Origin: a virus
DNA: 64,000 nucleotides
Direction: 5' to 3' (one strand)
Virus record (IMG/VR): IMGVR_UViG_3300029391_000001
Coordinates: 19,880 to 83,879 of that record
The position numbers and the translations under genes were made by a program. Of this stretch, positions 41,888-52,186 are shown piece by piece. The notes under the pieces are model-generated. The model searched no databases, was not told the origin of the DNA, and worked only from the letters and a program-made list of their open reading frames with translations. Each line of letters begins with the position of its first letter. Position 1 is the stretch's first letter.

Positions 41888-42799
41888 ATGAACAGTGTAT
41901 TTTTTGGAAATGAAGGGTTGACTTCTACGTCAGCAAACTTCTATGCGAACATCGCACAAGAAATGATTCAAGCAGCACAGGAACGCTTGAATAATGTGAA
42001 ATTCTTTCAAGTATCTGTAGCCTCTATCGGTGGAGGAGAAAAGCAGTTAATGACAGTAGGACAAAAGTCCCTTGACTTTATAAAAGATGATTTGGAAAAG
42101 GTCGCTGCCATGAATAGTTTTTGTGCTTGGGTACGAGAAGCTATTAAAGAGAAAGAAGGAATGATTGGCAAAGTATCTGCTACTATGCTTGATGATTGGG
42201 CAGAAAGTCAGGGAATAGGACTGCCAGAGCAGCCTAAGTATCCAGAAGCTCTACCTTCTCCGACTGAAGAGACTATCATAAAGTCGTGGGATATTAACAA
42301 GAGAAATAAATTCCTAAGATTAGAGGCGTTTGCTTCTACCTATGGAAAGTATATTCATCCAAAAGGAGCCTTTAGTAAAGCACGAAAAGAAGTTCATGCA
42401 GCTGAGAATTGTCCTATCTATAAGGAAGGCTCTGGAAGAGATTTAATTCTCTACTACCAAGACCCTACCATCGAAGTAGAAAAAGTGGACAATATGTTCA
42501 TGTCTCTTCAAGACACCTATCGTTCTTACGAGAAGGAGTTAAATGCTCTTAAAGCTGAGCTTAAGGAGGAGGTTAATAAACTTTCTAACACTCAAGAACA
42601 AGAGTATCGTGAGAAAATGGCTGAATTTAAAGCAAAATACGACAAATATACCTCCGAATTAGGAGAGTTGAGAAGTCGTTTCAATAGTTGGAAAACTTCT
42701 GAAATGGAACGTATTTCCAAACTAAAAATCGCTTTGCCTAAGAATCTTTTAGATATTTTCGAAGAGATTAGGAGACAAGGCGACTCTTCCTCTAAGTAA
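41888..42799 (+). CDS. hypothetical protein
   Basis: ORF track. Confidence 0.5.
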   Translation: MNSVFFGNEGLTSTSANFYANIAQEMIQAAQERLNNVKFFQVSVASIGGGEKQLMTVGQKSLDFIKDDLEKVAAMNSFCAWVREAIKEKEGMIGKVSATMLDDWAESQGIGLPEQPKYPEALPSPTEETIIKSWDINKRNKFLRLEAFASTYGKYIHPKGAFSKARKEVHAAENCPIYKEGSGRDLILYYQDPTIEVEKVDNMFMSLQDTYRSYEKELNALKAELKEEVNKLSNTQEQEYREKMAEFKAKYDKYTSELGELRSRFNSWKTSEMERISKLKIALPKNLLDIFEEIRRQGDSSSK

Positions 42800-42849
42800 T
42801 TAGAGGACTTCCGTAGGAAGCTAACATAACATACTTAACAGGAATAATT

Positions 42850-43089
42850 ATGAACAGTATATTCTTAAATCCGCATGGATTTAATCTTTATTCGCTGGCT
42901 ACACAAAAATTTACAACCTACTCTCTAATTGAGAGTCTTTGTCTTTGTTAGTGTAGCTAGGTCTTTGACTACGGCTTCATCTTTGCCTGCGCGTTAGCTT
43001 CCTACATAGCTCGTCAACCACGTGTTGAAGGAGTTACGGAATCCCCTTCGGGATTCTAGCCTTTTGCTTCAGTTACAAGTAATCTTTAA
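42850..43089 (+). CDS. small hypothetical protein; 3 in-frame TAG
   Basis: Frame verified, ATG to TAA 240 nt; shares an MNS N-terminus with the upstream gene. Confidence 0.35.
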
Positions 43090-43186
43090 ACTTGGTGACT
43101 ATTATCCCAAATTCTCAACAAGATGAAGAGGGAGGTTGACCAACCTAATAATGGTACAAGCTCTTCGGAGTGATAGGAGTGGGGAA

Positions 43187-43228
43187 AGTATCTGGTGAAG
43201 CACAGATACTGGAACCACTCTTTTTTTT
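43187..43228 (+). terminator. hairpin agtatctg...cagatact followed by T8
   Basis: 8-bp inverted repeat plus T-run. Confidence 0.3.
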
Positions 43229-43268
43229 GATAGATAAAATGATTATTAACTAATTTAAATTAAGAAAA

Positions 43269-43442
43269 ATGAAGAAAGTACTATTGCTTTTCGGAATGGT
43301 TGCACTGATGTCTGCTTGTGCAGGTAATACAAAAACTCAGGCTCCAGAAAACGATTCTATCGCAATCGTTAAAGAAGTTGCTGACACAATGAGTGTAGAC
43401 ACTCTAGGTGTGGATAGTCTTGTAATTGATAGTATTCAGTAA
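43269..43442 (+). CDS. small lipoprotein (signal peptide with lipobox MSAC)
   Basis: MKKVLLLFGMVALMSAC; below the ORF-track cutoff. Confidence 0.4.
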   Translation: MKKVLLLFGMVALMSACAGNTKTQAPENDSIAIVKEVADTMSVDTLGVDSLVIDSIQ

Positions 43443-43443
43443 T

Positions 43444-43761
43444 ATGGATTTTATCGCAACCAGAGTCAATGAACTCTTAAGTAGGGTATCTCCTATTAAG
43501 CGATGGCTTATTTCCGATGTTGCGAATGAATACTACCGTGAAGGTTATCAAGATGGTCAGAAGCTAGTCTATAGAAATGTATTGAAAGGTAACGCATTGA
43601 AAGAATTTATTGAAATTCTTAATCATTGTGGAATCAAATTGAGTTACAATCTGCGGAAAGGAGGTTTAATTGTCAGTGTGAGACCTGACAAACTTCCCAA
43701 TCTGCAACGTCTCGTTGAATGTTATAAAAATGAAAGTAAAGAAGACAAGAAATTTCAGTGA
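43444..43761 (+). CDS. hypothetical protein
   Basis: ORF trimmed to ATG. Confidence 0.4.
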   Translation: MDFIATRVNELLSRVSPIKRWLISDVANEYYREGYQDGQKLVYRNVLKGNALKEFIEILNHCGIKLSYNLRKGGLIVSVRPDKLPNLQRLVECYKNESKEDKKFQ

Positions 43762-44104
43762 TGCCCCACCTCTTGATGTTCAGTATAACTACATCATGGA
43801 GAACTTTGACTTTGACAAGGTTCTAGAATATATGAGTTGGGACAAGAGTCATAGAACATATGACGATGATGGGAAATGTGTAGGAAAGTCTCCTTGGAGG
43901 ATGTATATAAGTCCTGGAGAGTATAGAGTTCCATCTATTTCTGACCTAAGAGCACTAGCTAGAGACTTACTTACGCAAGTAATAAGAAATTATAGAAACA
44001 GTAAATCAACATTTGTTTCTATATCTACTGGGCCATTTAAGGCTATGTGTAGATATGGTATGCTAGAGTTGATTGGTGTTATAGAATCTTGGAGCGATGA
44101 TTGA
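43715..44104 (+). CDS. hypothetical protein
   Basis: ORF track. Confidence 0.4.
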   Translation: MNVIKMKVKKTRNFSDAPPLDVQYNYIMENFDFDKVLEYMSWDKSHRTYDDDGKCVGKSPWRMYISPGEYRVPSISDLRALARDLLTQVIRNYRNSKSTFVSISTGPFKAMCRYGMLELIGVIESWSDD

Positions 44105-44492
44105 GTTCAATGAAGTGTTCTGTTTAGATTTAAAAGATGATTTTGAGGAATTAGGAAGGCATGAGAGAAATTTCGAGCTAGATGAATTCATTCAGAAGGA
44201 TTTGAGTAGAGCTTTTGCTTTTGGTTATTGTCACTTAGATTGGATAAAAGAAAAAATGTGGTTTCCAGTCTCTATTAGAAAAGCCTTGAGGCATCTTGGA
44301 GATAATTTGGAAGACTTTATTCCACAAATTAAGTGGCTTAATGGGAAGTATGGAGCTGTAGGAAAGAGAGTTAGAATAAGTGATTACGCAAACTATATTT
44401 TAGATAATATATTTTGTGATAACCAAGACGACCTGCTAAAGATAGCAATACTACTAGGAACTAATCTCAGGACTAATACTCAGAATGAGTAA
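44097..44492 (+). CDS. hypothetical protein
   Basis: ORF track. Confidence 0.4.
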   Translation: MIEFNEVFCLDLKDDFEELGRHERNFELDEFIQKDLSRAFAFGYCHLDWIKEKMWFPVSIRKALRHLGDNLEDFIPQIKWLNGKYGAVGKRVRISDYANYILDNIFCDNQDDLLKIAILLGTNLRTNTQNE

Positions 44493-44946
44493 TTTAGAGG
44501 TCTTTACTGACGGAGCTTTTAGTTCATCTAGAAATACAGGAGGAGTAGGAGTTGTATTCGTAATTGATGGGAAAAAATCCTATGAATTTAGCAAGATGAT
44601 TCCAAATACTACTAACAACAAATGTGAGTTGTTAGCTGTAATATATGCTCTCAATGCAGTAAGCCGTAAGATAGAATCTCTTACTATCTATTCAGATTCT
44701 CAGTATGTCATAGGATGTGCTACAAAAGGATGGAAAAGAAAAAAGAATGTAGAGTTGTGGAACTTATATGACAAGGTTTTTGCTAAGGCAAGCCAGTTTT
44801 GCCCTGACATAAAATTTTGTTGGGTTAAGGGACATACTTCAAATTCTGATTTCTTTTCTGAGATGAATAATTTAGCAGATAAATTAGCAGTTGAAGCAAG
44901 TCAAGAATATGAAACTAAGAAAGAACAAAAACAAGAGACTCATTAA
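44485..44946 (+). CDS. ribonuclease H
   Basis: TDGA...NN.AEL.A...AL...YSDS...W..GH motif pattern. Confidence 0.65.
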   Translation: MSNLEVFTDGAFSSSRNTGGVGVVFVIDGKKSYEFSKMIPNTTNNKCELLAVIYALNAVSRKIESLTIYSDSQYVIGCATKGWKRKKNVELWNLYDKVFAKASQFCPDIKFCWVKGHTSNSDFFSEMNNLADKLAVEASQEYETKKEQKQETH

Positions 44947-45325
44947 AGAGGCTATGAAGTTCTATCCGTTTGATTATGGTTTTGTTCTCTCCCTAGAGAA
45001 ACAAGCTTTAATTAGAATGTATGAATACTTCAAAGTATCTAGAATTGCTGAAGGTAACGAAGTTGTTGAAAAGAATCTAAAACTCGCACTAGGACTTTTA
45101 GATATTGTTCTAGAGATAGATTCTGCCTATCATTGTGATTTCAGACCTGGGTCTGAAGGATTCGTAGATAGGCACATAAACATTAAGAACTGGAAACGAT
45201 TCTGGCCTAAAGCTGCTGATCTTGATTTGAGTAAACCTATTCTTCAAGACCATTTAAGAAGAGAAAAAGCCTGGTACTTGTACAATAAACTTAGGTTTGA
45301 ACGTATGAGAACTTGGTGGGATTAA
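44891..45325 (+). CDS. hypothetical protein
   Basis: ORF track. Confidence 0.4.
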   Translation: MKQVKNMKLRKNKNKRLIKEAMKFYPFDYGFVLSLEKQALIRMYEYFKVSRIAEGNEVVEKNLKLALGLLDIVLEIDSAYHCDFRPGSEGFVDRHINIKNWKRFWPKAADLDLSKPILQDHLRREKAWYLYNKLRFERMRTWWD

Positions 45326-45341
45326 TTTAACTAATTTAATT

Positions 45342-46358
45342 ATGAAGAGAATTTTTAGTATTATTTGTTTGTGTTTGATGTGTGCATTTGCTAGCGCACA
45401 AGTTGTTGAGACTGGAAGTATGAAGGATAACTGGTATATTTCTGGTAATGTTGGAACTACTATTTGGGATAACCATAGAAGTTGGGCAGAACCAAATGAT
45501 GTACTAGTAAACATTGCTATTGGTAAGGAGATTACTCCTATCTTTGGCTTGGAGTTAGACATGATGGCTGGAATGAACCAAGGAAATAAAACATTCTTTG
45601 ATTCACATAATTTGACAGCTAACGTTACTACCAATCTTACTAACCTGATATGTGGATATAACGGAGATAGGCGTCTGTTTGAGCCTATACTAATCGTTGG
45701 TGCTGGTTGGTATCATACTTATGGAGATGTCTATAATAATGTATCCGCCCGTGGAGCCGTTAGATGTAACTTTAATATCTCTAATAGATGGGCATTAAAT
45801 GTTACTCCTGAGTATATGTTACTTCCCAAGACTTCTCCTCTGAATCATGAGTTTAACGTCTATATTGGTGCTACCTATCGCTTTAAGTCTAGCAAAGGGG
45901 ACTTTCCAATTATGAAGTTGTATAGTGATGCCGAGGTTGAAAGCCTAAACGCTTCTATTAATGAGTTGAGAGCCAAGAATGAGGAACTTATGGCTCGTAA
46001 ACCAATAGAAATTGTTAAGACGGACACAATCGAAATTACTAAAGTAGAGCTTTTGACTCCAAAAATTCAATTCCTTCAAAATTCTTCAGAGATTTCTAAA
46101 ACTTCCAATGTGGCTGTCTCAGAACTAGCTTCCTATATTTCTAATAGTGGAAAAACTTATGTGATTGAGGGATATGCTTCGGAAGAAGGTCCAGAAGAGT
46201 TTAATAATAACCTTGCTGTAGCTAGGGCAGAATCTATGAAGAAGGCTCTGATTAGCTATGGTGCTCCAGAGGATAAATTGGTTGTTAAGGGATGCGGAAT
46301 TACCACTGAATTTGGAGATAATGAATTTAATCGTATCGTAATAATTTCCGAACAATGA
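45342..46358 (+). CDS. OmpA-family outer-membrane protein (signal peptide, beta-barrel-like N-terminus, C-terminal OmpA domain)
   Basis: MKRIFSIICLCLMCAFASAQ signal peptide; ...ATYRF; C-terminal NNNLAVARAES...G peptidoglycan-binding-like region. Confidence 0.55.
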   Translation: MKRIFSIICLCLMCAFASAQVVETGSMKDNWYISGNVGTTIWDNHRSWAEPNDVLVNIAIGKEITPIFGLELDMMAGMNQGNKTFFDSHNLTANVTTNLTNLICGYNGDRRLFEPILIVGAGWYHTYGDVYNNVSARGAVRCNFNISNRWALNVTPEYMLLPKTSPLNHEFNVYIGATYRFKSSKGDFPIMKLYSDAEVESLNASINELRAKNEELMARKPIEIVKTDTIEITKVELLTPKIQFLQNSSEISKTSNVAVSELASYISNSGKTYVIEGYASEEGPEEFNNNLAVARAESMKKALISYGAPEDKLVVKGCGITTEFGDNEFNRIVIISEQ

Positions 46359-46599
46359 AGTATAAGAAAAAAGTAGCTTGGTTAAAAGCAAAGCAAGCAT
46401 GGTGGGATAAACAAGGAAAAGACTTTCAGGCTGCAACTACCAGACCTGGGTCTATTAAAACTCGATAAATCATGATTGCGTTTATAATTGTGTGCATAAT
46501 GTTTGCCGCGTATATTTATTATGACCCGTATGTAGATATTACAGAGGATAATGTACTACTATGGTATAATAAAAGCGGCAATAGAGAATATATTATTCT

Positions 46600-46812
46600 A
46601 TGGTCGAGAAAAACTTAATTAAGGCATTTGTTGCCGTTCTATTAATCGTTGTAATTTACAACGTCAGCTTATGGTTATTATCCGAATCATTGTATGCTGC
46701 AAATATCTTGGGGTTGTTACTATTACTAGTGGCAATCCCAAGTTTAGTTTATAGGATATTCAAATATATTAAGAAACATTATTTAAATAAGGAAAATGAA
46801 GACAATTATTAA
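46600..46812 (+). CDS. small membrane protein
   Basis: Two TM helices. Confidence 0.4.
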   Translation: MVEKNLIKAFVAVLLIVVIYNVSLWLLSESLYAANILGLLLLLVAIPSLVYRIFKYIKKHYLNKENEDNY

Positions 46813-47623
46813 GCTTTTGTGTGTATTAACTTTGGTGTTTGGCTTGTCTAGTTGTGGCTACGAGAGAATTGATGCTGGTTACGAAGGCATTAAGGTGAAT
46901 CTATACGGAGACGGTAAGGGAGTAGACGATGTGTCTCTTGTTACTGGCGCGGTGTGGTATAATCCTGTTACTACGGCTGTATATGAATATCCTACATTCG
47001 TACAGACTGTGGACTATCCTCCTTTCAGTATTAATGCTAAAGATGGATCATCATTTACTGTAGACCCTACAATTTCTTTGAAGATTGTTGACGGGAAATC
47101 ACCAGAAGTATTTAAGAAGTATAGAAAGGAAGATATTGTAGAGGTAATTAACACTACTTTGTATAATTACGTAAAGAATGCTTTTCGCATTCAGCTGAAT
47201 AACTATACTACTGATGAACTAGTAAGTAAACGTGAGGAGTTTGAGAAGTCTATAGAAGATAGACTGTCAAAGGAACTCTTGGCTGAGAATTTTCAGCTTG
47301 AACAAATGACTTCTGGTCTTCAATATCCACAGACGCTAGTCAATTCTATTGATGCTAAGAATGCTGCAATTCAACAGGCTTTGAAGGCAGAGAATGAAGT
47401 TAAGACTATTGAGGCAGAAGCTAAAAAGAAAGTAGCAGCTGCACAAGGAGAGGCAGAAGCTCTTAAGATTAAGGGTGATGCAGAAGCTGAATATAATAGA
47501 AAGATTTCAGCATCTTTGTCAGTTCTCATAGTTCAGCAGGGTATGATTAAGAAGTGGGATGGAAAACTTCCTACTTATGGTCAGGTTCCCACCTTATTTA
47601 AAGATGTAGCTAATAACAAATGA
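46796..47623 (+). CDS. SPFH/band-7 (prohibitin/HflK-like) lipoprotein
   Basis: Lipobox LSSC plus SPFH-like domain plus coiled-coil. Confidence 0.55.
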   Translation: MKTIIKLLCVLTLVFGLSSCGYERIDAGYEGIKVNLYGDGKGVDDVSLVTGAVWYNPVTTAVYEYPTFVQTVDYPPFSINAKDGSSFTVDPTISLKIVDGKSPEVFKKYRKEDIVEVINTTLYNYVKNAFRIQLNNYTTDELVSKREEFEKSIEDRLSKELLAENFQLEQMTSGLQYPQTLVNSIDAKNAAIQQALKAENEVKTIEAEAKKKVAAAQGEAEALKIKGDAEAEYNRKISASLSVLIVQQGMIKKWDGKLPTYGQVPTLFKDVANNK

Positions 47624-47967
47624 TGTATCTAGTAATATGCACTGTGATGGTAATCATCACGGTGCTTATCTTGAAAGATACCCATGTAACCGTTTATTAC
47701 AATGGGTATAGCAGAAGTGTGGCACTTATAGAAGAAGACTATGACCTTAAAGTTCCAGTGTGGCTAGTTTTAGTAATACTAATCCTAGGATTTATCCCAG
47801 TACTGAACATTATGCTATACACAGTAGGATATTTATTCTATATAGTTCATGCTGTGTGGAATCCAGATAAGTTGTCTGGATATACACATAAGTTCAATCT
47901 AAGAGGAAATAATTTTCTAACTAGAATAGTGAAGAAGATATGGAAATTCTTAAATGTATGTGTATAA
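47620..47967 (+). CDS. membrane protein
   Basis: TM helices. Confidence 0.4.
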   Translation: MMYLVICTVMVIITVLILKDTHVTVYYNGYSRSVALIEEDYDLKVPVWLVLVILILGFIPVLNIMLYTVGYLFYIVHAVWNPDKLSGYTHKFNLRGNNFLTRIVKKIWKFLNVCV

Positions 47968-48464
47968 CACTGAGACATCTTAGGCGAATACTTAGACATA
48001 AGTTTTGGGTAGCTTATTACTGTTTTCAGTTAGGTTTATACAAACAGGGCATCTTGCACGACTTATCTAAATTCGGATGGTATGAGTTCTCTCGTTCTGT
48101 AAAATTTTACGATGATGACACATCTCCCTTAAACAAGGAAAAAGAAATTCTAGGATATTCTAGGTCTTATTTACATCACAGAGGAAGAAATCCACACCAT
48201 TATGAATACTGGGTAACTAAGCTAGACATTGGCGGTGTTCCAGTGAAGATGCCTAAAGAGTATGCTCTAGAATTGGTATGCGATTATCTGGCTGCTGGTA
48301 AAGTATACAACGGTAATAGTTTTCAAGGAGAATATAACTGGTGGATTAAGTATATAAATTCTCCTAGGGCTATCCATCCAGAAACGAAGGAATTTATCAC
48401 TCAGTGTTTTAAGAATTTAGCTAGTGGTAAAGGCATGAAAAGTTTATTAACAATTAGTTATTAA
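47940..48464 (+). CDS. hypothetical protein
   Basis: ORF track. Confidence 0.45.
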   Translation: MEILKCMCITLRHLRRILRHKFWVAYYCFQLGLYKQGILHDLSKFGWYEFSRSVKFYDDDTSPLNKEKEILGYSRSYLHHRGRNPHHYEYWVTKLDIGGVPVKMPKEYALELVCDYLAAGKVYNGNSFQGEYNWWIKYINSPRAIHPETKEFITQCFKNLASGKGMKSLLTISY

Positions 48465-48477
48465 AATAATTTTTAGA

Positions 48478-50028
48478 ATGGAAATAATTAATGCTACAGA
48501 TGGTTACAAGTTGGGCCATCACAGAATGTACCCCGAAGGTACTGAACAAGTTTATAGTAACTGGACTCCTAGAAGTAATAAATACTTCCCAGAAGCAACC
48601 GAAGGTTCAGTAGTATTTGGTATTCAATACCTAATCAAAGAATATCTCATTAAACAGTTTGAGAAAAACTTCTTTAATCTACCAAAGAAGGAAGCTGTGG
48701 AGATGTTCTATCGTAGAGTAAACAACTTTGTTGGTATTGAATCCGTTGGGTACAGACATATTGAAGCTTTATATGACCTTGGGTATCTACCAATTCGCAT
48801 AAAGGCTCTTCCTGAAGGTTCTGTGTGCCCTATTCGGGTTCCCATGATGACCATTACAAATACTCTACCCGAGTTCTTTTGGTTAACTAACTACTTAGAG
48901 ACTATTATCAGCTGTACCTTGTGGATGCCATGCACATCTGCTACTAGAGCTAGGCTTTATAAGAAAGAGCTACATCGTCATGCTTGCAAGACTGGTTTTC
49001 CAACAGATGTAAATCTTGGTTTTTGTTGTCATGATTTCTCAATGCGAGGTATGGCGGGAATGGAAGCCGCAATTATATCTGGTATGGCGCATATGACTTC
49101 TTTTGTGGGAAGTGAAACTATTCCAGCTATTGCTGCTTTGGAAGAATATTATGGAGCTAATTCAGACGAGGAATTGATTGCTGCTACAGTTCCAGCAACA
49201 GAACACTCTGTAATGTGTGCTGGAGGGGAGGAAGATGAGCTGGGCACTTTCAAACGTCTAATTAATGATTTGTATCCTTCTGGGTTTGTTTCTATTGTAT
49301 CTGATACTTGGGATTTCTGGAATGTAATTGAAAATTTCTTGCCCAAGCTGAAGAAAGACATTATGGCTCGTGATGGTAGAGTAGTAATCCGTCCTGATAG
49401 TGGAGACCCAGTAGATATAATCTGCGGGTTGAGAACTAATCCTCACTTCAATACCAGAATGAAAGAAGGTAAGTATTATTGCTGCTATGCTCCGTTTAAC
49501 GACGATGCAGAGTATGTTGAAGTGTCCGAAGGTCAATATTATGGGGCATATTATATGCTTGGTAAAATCTTCGGATGGAATACTACTTCAAAGGATTACC
49601 GTTATCCTAGCACTAAGGTTGGTCTGCTTTATGGAGATTCTATTACTCTAGAACGTCAAAAGCAAATCTACTTGAGATTAGAAAACGCTCATATGGCGGC
49701 TTGTAATCTCGTTCTTGGAGTAGGTTCATATTCCTATCAGTATGCAAGTAGAGATAGTCTTGGGTTTGCTATTAAGGCTACTGCTTGCGTAGTAAATGGC
49801 GAGTTGAAAGAAATCTTCAAACATCCTAAAACTGATGATGGTACTAAGAACTCTTTGAAAGGTTTGATTGCTGTCTATAAAGGTCTGGATGGGAAGTATA
49901 CTGCTACCGACCAGGTCTCAATCGAGGAAGAAAAAGATGGATACTTAGAGACTGTCTTTGAAGATGGTATCTTGAAGAAAGAATATTCTCTTGAAGAAAT
50001 CAGACAAAGAATTGACCATGGACTTTAA
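48478..50028 (+). CDS. nadV: nicotinamide phosphoribosyltransferase family protein (NadV/NAMPT or NARP1 Namat homolog)
   Basis: TDGYKLGHH..YPEGT...VYS.WTPR N-terminal signature. Confidence 0.75.
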   Translation: MEIINATDGYKLGHHRMYPEGTEQVYSNWTPRSNKYFPEATEGSVVFGIQYLIKEYLIKQFEKNFFNLPKKEAVEMFYRRVNNFVGIESVGYRHIEALYDLGYLPIRIKALPEGSVCPIRVPMMTITNTLPEFFWLTNYLETIISCTLWMPCTSATRARLYKKELHRHACKTGFPTDVNLGFCCHDFSMRGMAGMEAAIISGMAHMTSFVGSETIPAIAALEEYYGANSDEELIAATVPATEHSVMCAGGEEDELGTFKRLINDLYPSGFVSIVSDTWDFWNVIENFLPKLKKDIMARDGRVVIRPDSGDPVDIICGLRTNPHFNTRMKEGKYYCCYAPFNDDAEYVEVSEGQYYGAYYMLGKIFGWNTTSKDYRYPSTKVGLLYGDSITLERQKQIYLRLENAHMAACNLVLGVGSYSYQYASRDSLGFAIKATACVVNGELKEIFKHPKTDDGTKNSLKGLIAVYKGLDGKYTATDQVSIEEEKDGYLETVFEDGILKKEYSLEEIRQRIDHGL

Positions 50029-50455
50029 TCATCCTTTTGGGAAAGAAGCTTGCAAGAAACGACTATTAGAAGAGTATCATAAATACAGAAAGCTAATAGT
50101 CGCTTTCGATTTTGATAATACTATTTTCGATTACCATAATACTGGCGGAGATTATAGTTGCGTTATAGAACTACTTAAAGAATGCTCACTTCTAGGTTTT
50201 GAAATGATTTTATTCACCACTGATGAAGATGATTATAAAATTATGGCAAAGCAGACAATTTGTATGCGATTAGGAATAGCAAATATTACTTCTAATACTT
50301 TATCTGCTCCAAACATTAGTAGTTCTATATTCTCTAAATCTAAGAAACCTTATTACAATATCCTCCTAGATGATAGGGCAGGTCTAGAAGAAAGTTATGA
50401 AATCTTAAAATATGTAGTAGATGAAATTAAACTTAATCAACAAGGAAATCAGTGA
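49991..50455 (+). CDS. HAD-superfamily hydrolase
   Basis: FDFDNTIFD (DxDxT). Confidence 0.45.
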   Translation: MKKSDKELTMDFNHPFGKEACKKRLLEEYHKYRKLIVAFDFDNTIFDYHNTGGDYSCVIELLKECSLLGFEMILFTTDEDDYKIMAKQTICMRLGIANITSNTLSAPNISSSIFSKSKKPYYNILLDDRAGLEESYEILKYVVDEIKLNQQGNQ

Positions 50456-51230
50456 AATTAAGTACGATGTTACTAGATTTCCTGATGGAGAGCCTCAGTT
50501 TTTCCTTACTGAGGAATTAAACAGAAAGGAATCTATTGATGTCATTTGTAGAATATCTAATACTGAGGATTTATTCCTCTTAATACAAGTAGGAGATATT
50601 TTAGATAGACAAGAAGTAGAATGGGATTTACATATTACTTATTTAATGTCTATGCGTATGGATAGAGTAATGAGTTTTAATCGTCCATTCTCCTTGAAAG
50701 TAGTATGTAATATGTTAAATAGCTTAGGCTATAGAAACATATATGTTCTTGAGGCACATTCTAGTAGAACTTTTCATCTTCTTGGTGACAGATGTTTACC
50801 TTGGGAATTTGGACACCACTCTTGGATTCCAGCCCAAAGTAATATCGTGTTCCCAGACCATGGGGCGAAGGACAGATATGGAAGTAACTATTCTCACTAT
50901 GGTTATTTAGTCTTCAAAAAGGAAAGAAATCTAGAGACTGGAAGAATTGAGTCCTTTGAAATAGAGGAGTCTAAGAATTGCTACTATTCTACATTTGTGT
51001 TCATTGATGACTTGTGTGATGCTGGAGGAACTTTCCTAGGAGAGCTTAAGGTTCTCAAAGAGAGATATCCAAATAGCAAGTTTATCATAATCGTATGTCA
51101 TGCAGTTAATGATAAAGGCCTGGTTAATATGTGTAATAATTTTGACCAGGTTATTGTATCTAATTCTCATAGGGATATTAATTATCGTCCCAGCAACGAG
51201 AACTTAACTGTAATAGACGTTTGTAAATAA
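50421..51230 (+). CDS. ribose-phosphate pyrophosphokinase family protein (Prs or ADPR-PP synthetase homolog)
   Basis: FPDGE; DDLCDAGGT PRPP-binding-like motif. Confidence 0.55.
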   Translation: MKLNLINKEISEIKYDVTRFPDGEPQFFLTEELNRKESIDVICRISNTEDLFLLIQVGDILDRQEVEWDLHITYLMSMRMDRVMSFNRPFSLKVVCNMLNSLGYRNIYVLEAHSSRTFHLLGDRCLPWEFGHHSWIPAQSNIVFPDHGAKDRYGSNYSHYGYLVFKKERNLETGRIESFEIEESKNCYYSTFVFIDDLCDAGGTFLGELKVLKERYPNSKFIIIVCHAVNDKGLVNMCNNFDQVIVSNSHRDINYRPSNENLTVIDVCK

Positions 51231-51239
51231 CAAAATAAA

Positions 51240-51542
51240 ATGGTAATTGAAGGTCCTTTTTACAGACTTACCCCCATTAGTGAATCTTCTCCGAGGTTTG
51301 ACTTGGAATTGTTGTATGATATTGGTGGGAAAAATCCGAGAAAAGAATTTAAAGTGGAGGGCTACGGCTATCCCCTAGAAGCTGCTATAGAGCGATGTCG
51401 CCATTATGCAGTAAGAAAAAAGTTCGGAAAAGATGAAGTTATAACTTTAGGTAGGTACTTAGATGAGTTTAAAAAGGCAAAGGAGGAAATTAAACTCGAA
51501 GTCTCAGGAGATTCAGGAGATTCTAGCGGAGAGGCTGAATAA
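51240..51542 (+). CDS. hypothetical protein
   Basis: ORF track. Confidence 0.4.
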   Translation: MVIEGPFYRLTPISESSPRFDLELLYDIGGKNPRKEFKVEGYGYPLEAAIERCRHYAVRKKFGKDEVITLGRYLDEFKKAKEEIKLEVSGDSGDSSGEAE

Positions 51543-51936
51543 GCTTTGTAGATTCTTAGATGAGGAATATGACGTTAATTGTGGAGGGTGTTGCTATATA
51601 GCATACTGTCTAGCCAGGCTACTAAGTAGAGATAAATTCAAGTTCAAAGTCATTATTTACGAGGATTATGAACTAGAAGAAAAGTTTAGCGAAGTAGCGA
51701 GAAGTCATTATCATTATGCGATTTCTATTGGAAAGTACACCATAAACGCAGCAGATTGTGATGATGACGATAGCTTTTGCAGAAATGTGTATACTGGTGT
51801 AAAAGCTTCCGAACTACTATCTCACTATCAGAAATGTAGCTGGAATGACTGTTATAATACTCAAAAGAATCAATTCATTTTTAAGACTATAAAGGTATTT
51901 TATGACGACCTCACGGAGGACTTACGAGAAGGATAA
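51463..51936 (+). CDS. Cys-rich hypothetical protein
   Basis: ORF track. Confidence 0.4.
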   Translation: MSLKRQRRKLNSKSQEIQEILAERLNKLCRFLDEEYDVNCGGCCYIAYCLARLLSRDKFKFKVIIYEDYELEEKFSEVARSHYHYAISIGKYTINAADCDDDDSFCRNVYTGVKASELLSHYQKCSWNDCYNTQKNQFIFKTIKVFYDDLTEDLREG

Positions 51937-52186
51937 ACAGATTGTGCATACGCATGATAAGTTTATCTACTGTAGTTCAGTATATCAAATATGGAGCTGG
52001 GGAGCTGCTCTAATGGAAGAAAAATACTACTCTTCTAATAAACCCATTGTATTGAAAAAGAATCAACTATGCTGTAAGAGGAAGAAATACTCTCTGCATA
52101 GGTTCTTTGAATTACAATTTGCTCCCGAAGAATATTTAATTAATAACGGTTTTAAAATTGTAGAAAATGAAACAGGATGTGATTGA
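51902..52186 (+). CDS. hypothetical protein
   Basis: ORF track. Confidence 0.35.
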   Translation: MTTSRRTYEKDKQIVHTHDKFIYCSSVYQIWSWGAALMEEKYYSSNKPIVLKKNQLCCKRKKYSLHRFFELQFAPEEYLINNGFKIVENETGCD

